Positions 49,901 through 57,467 of a DNA stretch of 57,467 nucleotides are shown here, in pieces. This DNA is from Priapulus caudatus (taxonomy: Eukaryota). The notes under the pieces are model-generated. The model saw only the letters and a list, made by a program, of their open reading frames with translations. It was not told the DNA's origin and ran no database searches. The stretch is from contig NW_014577067.1 of assembly GCF_000485595.1 (NCBI RefSeq), positions 900,553 through 958,019 of the forward strand, written 5' to 3'. How positions within the stretch are numbered: the first letter of the stretch is position 1; each line of letters opens with the position of its first letter. The position numbers and the translations under genes were made by a program.

Positions 49901-52161
49901 ATTCTACACATTTTCTGAGAGTTTGAGTGATCGTAATGTGTCATGAAACTTGCCAAAACAAGCTGTGAATCACACGTTCTGACATATTGTAAGCGTACTA
50001 CTCATTTACCTAGGATAGGTAGGAGAAAGTTCGATTTTTGGGAATTAAGTGTTTTGTATTTCCTACCGCTCCTAACATTTCATCTTACTAATGCTAAAAT
50101 CGGCTTTTGTCCATGTTTCTTTAAAAATGATATGTAAATAAATTCTATAACAGTGTCAGTAATTATATAATTATAAGGTACAAGTTATATAATGAAGTTA
50201 AGTATTATATAAATGTTTTTATTATATGCGCTGTGTTGCAGATCAGATGGATGCATTGTTGAAGGTCGTTTGCAAATCTGCCGGCTGTAGCAGTAAGTAT
50301 GAGTGGCAGACTACCAGAGACAACATAGAGCTGAGGAACAATGGGCCAAAACTCATGATTAAGGTGAGTCCACTTCACATGCTATATGACTGGGGAGGAG
50401 TATGGAACATTTTATCACCTATTCCTTCAGAATTTTGCTGTCTAGCCTTGCCAAGCCCCCCTGTCTGTCGCCCCAGTGCAAGATGGCACAAGAACCTGCG
50501 GCTGTGAATAGCCGCCGTACACCTTGCTAATCGTGTTCCCCCCCCCAAAAAAAACAACTAAAAAAACAAAACAAAACAAAAACAAAACTGTGACACGGAA
50601 AGTAGATTTCGGCTGTCAATTTTACGCGTGGATTGTAGCAGTTTGTTCGTAATTTTGACCCCAAAATATCGATGGCTGGCTCTTTACATTAGGCTGGCTG
50701 TACTGGACAGGAGAGAGACATCCGTAAGTGCAGCAATCTCACCTACACCAGCACGGACGACTGCATGGACTTCTGGCTGAGTTGTTCTGGCTCTGCCGGT
50801 TACAGGTGTAATTGGTTGCCAGGTAATTCTGCCGGTCGGCTCTTTCATTCTAATCACTTTTCATTCCTTAACTAATGTGATTTTAATCAAAGAAGGTATG
50901 TGTTACGCATTGGGTAATAGACCAAGAGAGAGAGAGAGAGCGATGTAGAGCCTGAAGGAGTCTGTGAGTGAGAGAGAGAGAGAAAGAATTTGAAATTAAA
51001 GATGTACACTAAAACTCGCATAAGTCGACACTTTTGGGACCAGCATATTTGTGCCGACTTACGAAAATGACGACATACGCGTAAGTCGTCATTTTGTCGA
51101 CTTATATGTAGGGCTCCCATCCCAGGCGCCCATCAGTTCGCGCCACATACATAGCAGACATGAAACAATTGGGTCCGTACATCATTCGACACCGCTGCTG
51201 GCCATAACGCACTGATTGTACGCACTAGCGGCACACGCTGGCTATCTGTAACACCCGCTGTTGATTACACGTTTGGACATTGCAGGACATTGCGGTGCAC
51301 GTCTGCCAAATTTTCTTGGAACACTTTGTGAAAAAATACGGTAATTCCGCAAGGCCGTGCTCTTGAACAAACTGTAGCGCATATCTGCGACAGCCAGCTC
51401 ACACATCCCCTAGATCGTACACTGCGGCGCGCACGCCATCGGCATTTCTGATGATGACTTACAGATGGAAAATTACTGTTGTTTGTATTACATGTGACCT
51501 GTCTGAGGGCGGCGACTTGTGCATAATGACGACTTATAAATGACGACTTAGGCGGGGCAATTCCAATGGATTTACTATGTGAGAAAATCTGGACTTTGAC
51601 TTCCATGCGAATTGACGAGTTAGACGACGACCACTTATGTGAGTTTTACTGTATTATTTACTCATGATTGTATATTGTTGAATATCTTTCTTCAGATCAG
51701 CAGAACCCACATGCGATCAGGCAGGTGGACCATACAGGCCCAATAGTTGGTGCCATAGTCACTGGTATTGTCGCAATCATAGGTGTTGTCACCTACTGCT
51801 ACTGTACTTACAAAAAGTAAGTAATACGTGCATCCCTATGAGTAGCCTGCATATATGATAGAAATAACGGTGGCTTACATCGATTTATATTATCTAGAAT
51901 TTTATCTATATTCATCTAATTTTTGGTCTTACTGTTCACTAAATGTGATGATTGTCAAATGTTCTCAATGCGGATATAATGGTGTTTACGTTGTGAATAT
52001 AGGGACATAATAAAAAACATTAGCATATTAAGGTATACGGTCAGTGGTAAATAATGAGCATCCAGTAAATCTTTCGTTGTTGTTTTTTCAGGAGAAATAA
52101 AACTCAATATACTCAGGAATTGTCTAAGAATATTGAAGACATAGACAGTGAACTGGCTTAA
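46942..52161 (+). CDS. Type I membrane protein with two scavenger receptor cysteine-rich (SRCR) domains, 5' partial
   Basis: Phase-compatible exons 46942-47061, 47302-47424, 48396-48488, 48830-48970, 50242-50363, 50693-50822 (or 50798), 51696-51816, 52092-52161 (TAA). SRCR1: VWLDGPSRNHGRLQISHENVHGYVCSEEF...VVCKNELGY...GC...MCKHSEWGNSSCLASEGVGLTC. SRCR2: KGYVMTYHKEQWQTVC...VVCKSAGC...CTGQERDIRKC...C..FWLSC. TM: IVGAIVTGIVAIIGVVTYCYC. Tail ends DIDSELA. Confidence 0.88.
47453..47795. mobile_element. Harbinger-like MITE related to 14454-14756
   Basis: GGCCA...TGGCC imperfect TIRs with subterminal ccgacc/ggtcgg; flanks CGA/TGA (imperfect TSD). Confidence 0.6.
49544..49815. mobile_element. MITE with 13-bp TIRs and 5-bp TSD (hAT5-like)
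   Basis: cagggtttcttct...agaagaaaccctg flanked by CACAC on both sides. Confidence 0.75.
51007..51651. mobile_element. pogo/Tigger-like MITE with TA TSD
   Basis: TA-cactaaaactcgcataagt...acttatgtgagttttactg-TA. Related copies at 20232-21079 and ~23100-23200. Confidence 0.8.
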
Positions 52162-54695
52162 AGTGATGTCTTCTCATATCTGAAACGATGGCTCATTCCT
52201 AATCTGAATAGATGGATAGGAAAGGACCATAGATCTGTGTGTTTGAATCTCCAGAGCGATATCATAGCAGACAATGGCTGTACCAAGTGTATTTTCTACA
52301 CCATAGCTGGGTGAGCATGTGATAATGCAAGTAATTGTGTGAAAACGTAAAATGAAATGTGGAAAATTGCTCGTCGTATCGATGCAATTGCTTGGCTCAT
52401 TCATGCCGCATGACAGATCTGCTGTTGCGCTTTTGATAGCATTTTTACATTAACATTGCGAACTGGAGCATAATTATTCTGTTGTTGACGTTATTGAGTT
52501 CTGTCGTGCAGCGGCATTTACCGGGAGTTAGAATTTTTGGTTTATTTCTTGTGTAAGAGTAAAATGCTTTAGTATTCCAGTGAACCTGCTATCCCTAATG
52601 TTCCCAACAATGATCGTGTGTGAATAATTAATGTAAGGATTTTGCACAAAGGCTGCCATTCAAAACCGAAAACTCGATCAAAGAACTCTGTGAAAAGACT
52701 CGGATCTTGTGTGCAATATAGAATGTGGCAGAATTCAGAATCTCCATAAGCCTGTGTGTATAGCTCATGGCTGTGTTTCTAGATAGCCTAAAACGTCAGT
52801 GCGTTTGTACCCGGTTAGCATTGTTCATGATTTATAAACTGTGATGAAGGACTCTCACGTGTGGAGTGATAATTTCTGTGTTCTAAAATTACGTATTCAA
52901 TAGCTGAAAGTAATATTTGTTTAGAGAATCTCTTATTGCGATGCAACAGTGCAACTGTCTAAATTTACTCAGTGGTGTGGTGTATTTCAAAGTATAGTAA
53001 CCAATAAGTCCACAAACGAATCTTTAGTCTCTAATTTTGTCATGTTTTTGACACTTTTGCATTGTGGTACTGAATTGTGTTATTGTGTCAGATTGCGCCA
53101 TTTCAGCCATATATCAGTGCGTGGAATATCTACTATCAGCAGAGCACTGTAATATCTTTACACGGGATCAGTTCTTGCAATCGTACCATGCCATTAAACC
53201 GGGGCGATTCTGTGATGGGAGATAGATCAAAAGAAGTATAACGATCTAAGCGTAAACCTTGTTACTTGTAGATATCAAACAAATCATGGCTTTGTGGTGT
53301 ACCCTCCCACGGAGCTCGATTTAAGATTTATATTGCACTACTATAAACAGTGGGACCTTGGAAATTCGTATTGCTTGGAGAGGGGAACGTTCTGACTTGT
53401 AGATTCTCAAGGTTCCTAGGTCATCCAAAAGATTTGAAGCAAGTGCAGTCAAGTCACCTTGGGCAGACAAGAAAAAACACAAGTGACCAAAGTAAACTGT
53501 TTATATTGATTGCAATCAATGCATAAACTTTCACGTTGACTAGTGTTGTCGTCCTAACATGTTAAAGTTGGCAGGAAACGATCGCGTGAGAGAAATAACT
53601 GTGAGCTATTGAATTTTGTAATCAAGATCTGTACTTATAGTAATCACAATGCAATAATTAGTAGATGTGCTAATGAGTACCATAACTTCATATTTGTATT
53701 TACTAACTTCATTTTTGTAGATTTTTTTTACTAAAAAGCAATAATGCGTGTGACGTTTGAAGACTAGCGTTTTTGTATACACGTAATACATTGCTCACCT
53801 ATATGTGACATTTTACTATATATGGTGCTTTGTGAACGTTGTTTTTTCAATTCACAAACTATAGAAGTAGGTATAGTTACAAGACTATTTTTTGAAAGAT
53901 TGTTTAGTCTCTGGATCTTTACTTAATAATAAGTATTTGTGTTTTCTAACGTTATCCGAGAGTGTTAGTGTGTTTTTTACTAAACATATATTCCTATGTA
54001 AACTATTTTTGCAGACAGTATATCAGGAGTATTCAGGGACGAATTTGAATCCCAGTTAGAAACAGAGACGGTTTTGACAACGAGTGACGTTTTTTTCTCA
54101 GACTGTAGGGATGAAGTAGGTCTGGTGTATGATGTGTTGAGCACAATGACTAACTATATTCTGCATGGCAACTAATCATGGCTTCATAGCAGCCGTGCAC
54201 AACGTTGCGTGTATTGTTATCCAATCGATAGTGTGTGGCTTGATCGACAGTGATGTGTGAGATGAAAATCACGGTCGTTAGGGCGATAGTGATAATGGTA
54301 TACGCGCGGTGTGCTCCCTCTTGTTGTTGCCTGTGCGTATGTGTGTGCGTGAGTACGTGCGTGCACGCGTGTGTGTGCCAAAGGTACCAGTGTTATTAAT
54401 GGCCAATGTAGAGCAGGGGATGCTCTTAAATAGCATTAATATAGTTATAATTGTTAACCGTTAACTGATTAAATGTCTAACTAGTTGTTAAACCAGGGCT
54501 GTAATTCTTAAAAGTTGAAATGTTGCTGCTAGGCCATTTATTGGCAGATGTTTATACTCCTTGTATAAATACATTCTTCAAGAATGTCATGCTCACCAAC
54601 TAAAACGTACATCATAATCTAGGTGTGCGCATGGACACGTGTAGACTATATTGAGAGTATACATATATATATTCACGGTGTTTGCTATGGCTGAG

Positions 54696-54925
54696 AGGGT
54701 CTATGTCCCCCGGAGTACTGCCGGAATGTACCCTGGATACGGTCCGGTAGGCCCTATACCGGAACGTACCCTGGTACTATCTAATATGCCGGACCGTACC
54801 TCGCCTACTCCACTAACGAGTATAGGGAGTCGCCTACGCCTACTCCCTAACCCTAACCCTAACCCTAACCATATCAAATAGTGACCAGGGTACGTTCCGG
54901 TAGTACCCTGGGGGACATAGACCCT
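54696..54925. mobile_element. CCCTAA-carrying MITE, sibling of 41959-42223
   Basis: agggtctatgtccccc...gggggacatagaccct. Confidence 0.85.
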
Positions 54926-56830
54926 ATATGAGCTTTGCTATGTGGTGAGCATTTCTTGACATTCAGCCAGAACTGCATAAGCTTACTGCTACTAGCTGAC
55001 ATTGGCCAGTAAATCTTACTTGGGGATTTTACTATTGCCAGTCATCGTTGAAATGTCTGCACAGTTCTGTCAGGTTGTCAGTAACTATACCGCTGTGGTA
55101 AACATTACCATTAAATGCCCTAACTTCACGTGCAGCTAACATAAAATATGGCACTAGGAATGAATAAAAACAAATTGTTTTATTATAGAACAATAATGTA
55201 TTTGTATTCACTCTTGATGGCATATTGATAGGAAGGGCAAAGTCCTGCTAATCCGTCACGAAACAGTGTGATTGCTGATTGCCCAATGTTGTCTTTTCTA
55301 GATTGTTCTCAATTGATTTCCTATTTGTTATTGTAAGAAATCATGTCGTCAAACTCGTGGCAATTATATATCGCCGTTACTATTCTTCACTTGTTACTTG
55401 ATCATGCACTTGTTACTTAGCAGTGTGTGACTATAGTATGTATGCACCAAACTGTGAATATCTTATCTAAACACTGGTCCTCATGTTGACATGATGAGTT
55501 GGGTTTCTGCTAACAGAAACATCAGTTAAATGCGCCGTTTTTGTGTTTTTGTTAGCAAATTCTATATATGATGACAGGCCATATATTCTGCGATGCGAAG
55601 AAGAATGCATTCAGAATGATTTGTCAAATGATATTATAACACGCCGACTTGAAAAAAATAACTGCAATGATCAGAACATGTCATGAGACGTGTAAACAGT
55701 TCATTAACTCTGGTCGGCAATTGTTTACTGCTCACCATCTAATTAACTGATTAGATTTATTCCTAATTATTCTGAATTAATTGGGTGTTCACTTGTATTG
55801 TTGATAGTTGAGGTTTTAGCTGGAAATAAATAAGGTAACGTTTAGATATACGTGTCGGAGGTGTACAACGTCTACGTCTAAAAACCCTGACGGTCTGGTA
55901 TTTGAGCGCATATATACTGTTACCGGCCTTCTACAAATTGGTGTCATCGTCGCAATACGTTTGTTGTCTATAGGGCTTCAGTGTCTGTATGAATGTTCAC
56001 GCAGTTGTTAACAATTTTACAGTTTATCCATATTCGTAATAAAGCATTTTTTTCATAAAAAGTTTAGGGATGTGGGGTGGTTAAATGTAATGGTCTGAGA
56101 ATTATTGACTGCTGAATTCTGGTTGTATTTGACAGCAGTTGTTGTTGAGTTTCTTATTCTTCGGAGTGTATTTTGACTGCCAAATAATCAGGAGTAGATA
56201 AGACCTTATCTATGCTATCTAATCCTATTATAATCATGATTATATAACTATGGCAGTGGAAAATGGATTAAACGGTTGTGAAGATGTATTTTGCTTTTTT
56301 ATGCAGTTGCAAGTTTGCTGTGGTAATACTTCTGAAACACTTGTTGAGTGATTCCATTGTTATATTTTGCATATCTACTACAGGGTGTGTATTTACTATG
56401 GTGTTAATAATAATATTATGTAGGTTAAGCTATTAATTCGGTTACTACATATTCAATCTTCCACCAAATCAATCGTCTACCAATCAATGCAATTGTAATT
56501 AGCAATAGCTGATGCCAACATGTAATCGTAATCAATCCTTTCTTTTATTCATACCGGCGAGAAGCATAATACAATTAAGTATTAATTTTTCCAATTTGTG
56601 ATGGACGGTTTCGTTGTGTAGTGGTTATCAGGTTCGAAAATCAGAATAAAATTCTTAATTGTTCAAGAATTCCCTTTCGTGCAGCGGTTGATATATGATA
56701 ACAATCATGCGAATAACCTGGAAGTGTGAATGTAACTGAAGTGTGTAGTATGATTAGAGTTTGGAGTAAACCGATAAATCCTAGCATAATAGATGGCGCC
56801 ACGGTGGTCTCACCAGTGGTCTCACTCTAG

Positions 56831-56909
56831 TACGTATCAAGGAGCTACATATTGTATAATATATATATATATATATATATATGAGTTATATGTAGCTCCT
56901 TGGTACGTA
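56831..56909. repeat. Short foldback around an (AT)n tract
   Basis: tacgtatcaaggagctacatat / atatgtagctccttggtacgta. Confidence 0.75.
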
Positions 56910-57467
56910 TGGGACTTACCATAACGATTCTATAATACGTTCTTTATAGCCTATATTATAGTTCTATATAGCCGTCGCTAGGATATGATTCTGTAGTACG
57001 ACTCGCGGTTGATGTGTCAAGCCGCGAAGCCTTGTAAGAGCTTACACCGTTTCCACCGTGAAAATAACATCCGGGGCCATCATTTACCGTTTATGTTATG
57101 ACTCTGGCAATCGCCTAGCTTTGTTTTATGACGAATGTGTATCTATATAGCCTGGTTGCCTAATTCGTCATATACACTAGCTTGCAGCGGTGTGTAAACG
57201 GGGGTTTCTGTTTAGATATAAATTCAATGATATTTTTTTCATTGTAATCGTTAGATTGGTATGAAATGTTTGCGTAAAGATGATTCATACTTCCATAATT
57301 ACAAAAGTAATTAATCCGTTGCATTATTATGTGATTATTATTAGGGCAGTTTTATTGGTAATCTTGTTAATTAGGAAACATAGTTTACGTTTAGCTCATC
57401 GGTATTGTGCTTGCATGGTTGTTTTGGTGTTGGAATAACGTATTACGTCTACTCCGTAAGATATATA

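Noticed and set aside
56607..56636. tRNA-Val-like 5' fragment
   Set aside because: Only ~30 nt resemble a tRNA 5' half; there is no anticodon arm or T arm.

Overview
Eukaryotic animal genomic DNA: AT-rich, GT-AG introns, TTAGGG-type repeats. It looks like an invertebrate draft assembly, but the taxon cannot be fixed from the sequence. I reconstructed four multi-exon genes by hand with phase-consistent splice sites. (1) FAM114A2-like, minus strand, ATG 14160, running off the left edge. (2) ZMAT2/Snu23, plus strand, 24231-32574, 198 aa. (3) An unassigned ~1000-aa, mostly low-complexity protein, minus strand, ~42700-35289, with an N-terminal HMG-box-like segment and RVxF/STP motifs. (4) A type I membrane protein with two divergent SRCR domains, plus strand, 46942-52161, 5' end unresolved. 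Introns and intergenic DNA are dense with non-autonomous DNA transposons (TTAA-, TAA/TTA-, TA- and 5-bp-TSD families, Helentron-like elements, CCCTAA-carrying MITEs), several nested. There are three N gaps. Several stretches (~4980-7520, ~19300-22900, ~44100-46300) look like indel-rich, unpolished long-read fill. I see no CRISPR array, prokaryotic system or intact RNA gene, and no convincing new multi-gene system. The best leads are the orphan HMG/RVxF protein, a hidden MITE-interrupted ORF near 20-21 kb (possibly MULE transposase), a layered palindrome in ZMAT2 intron 1, and the divergent SRCR receptor.
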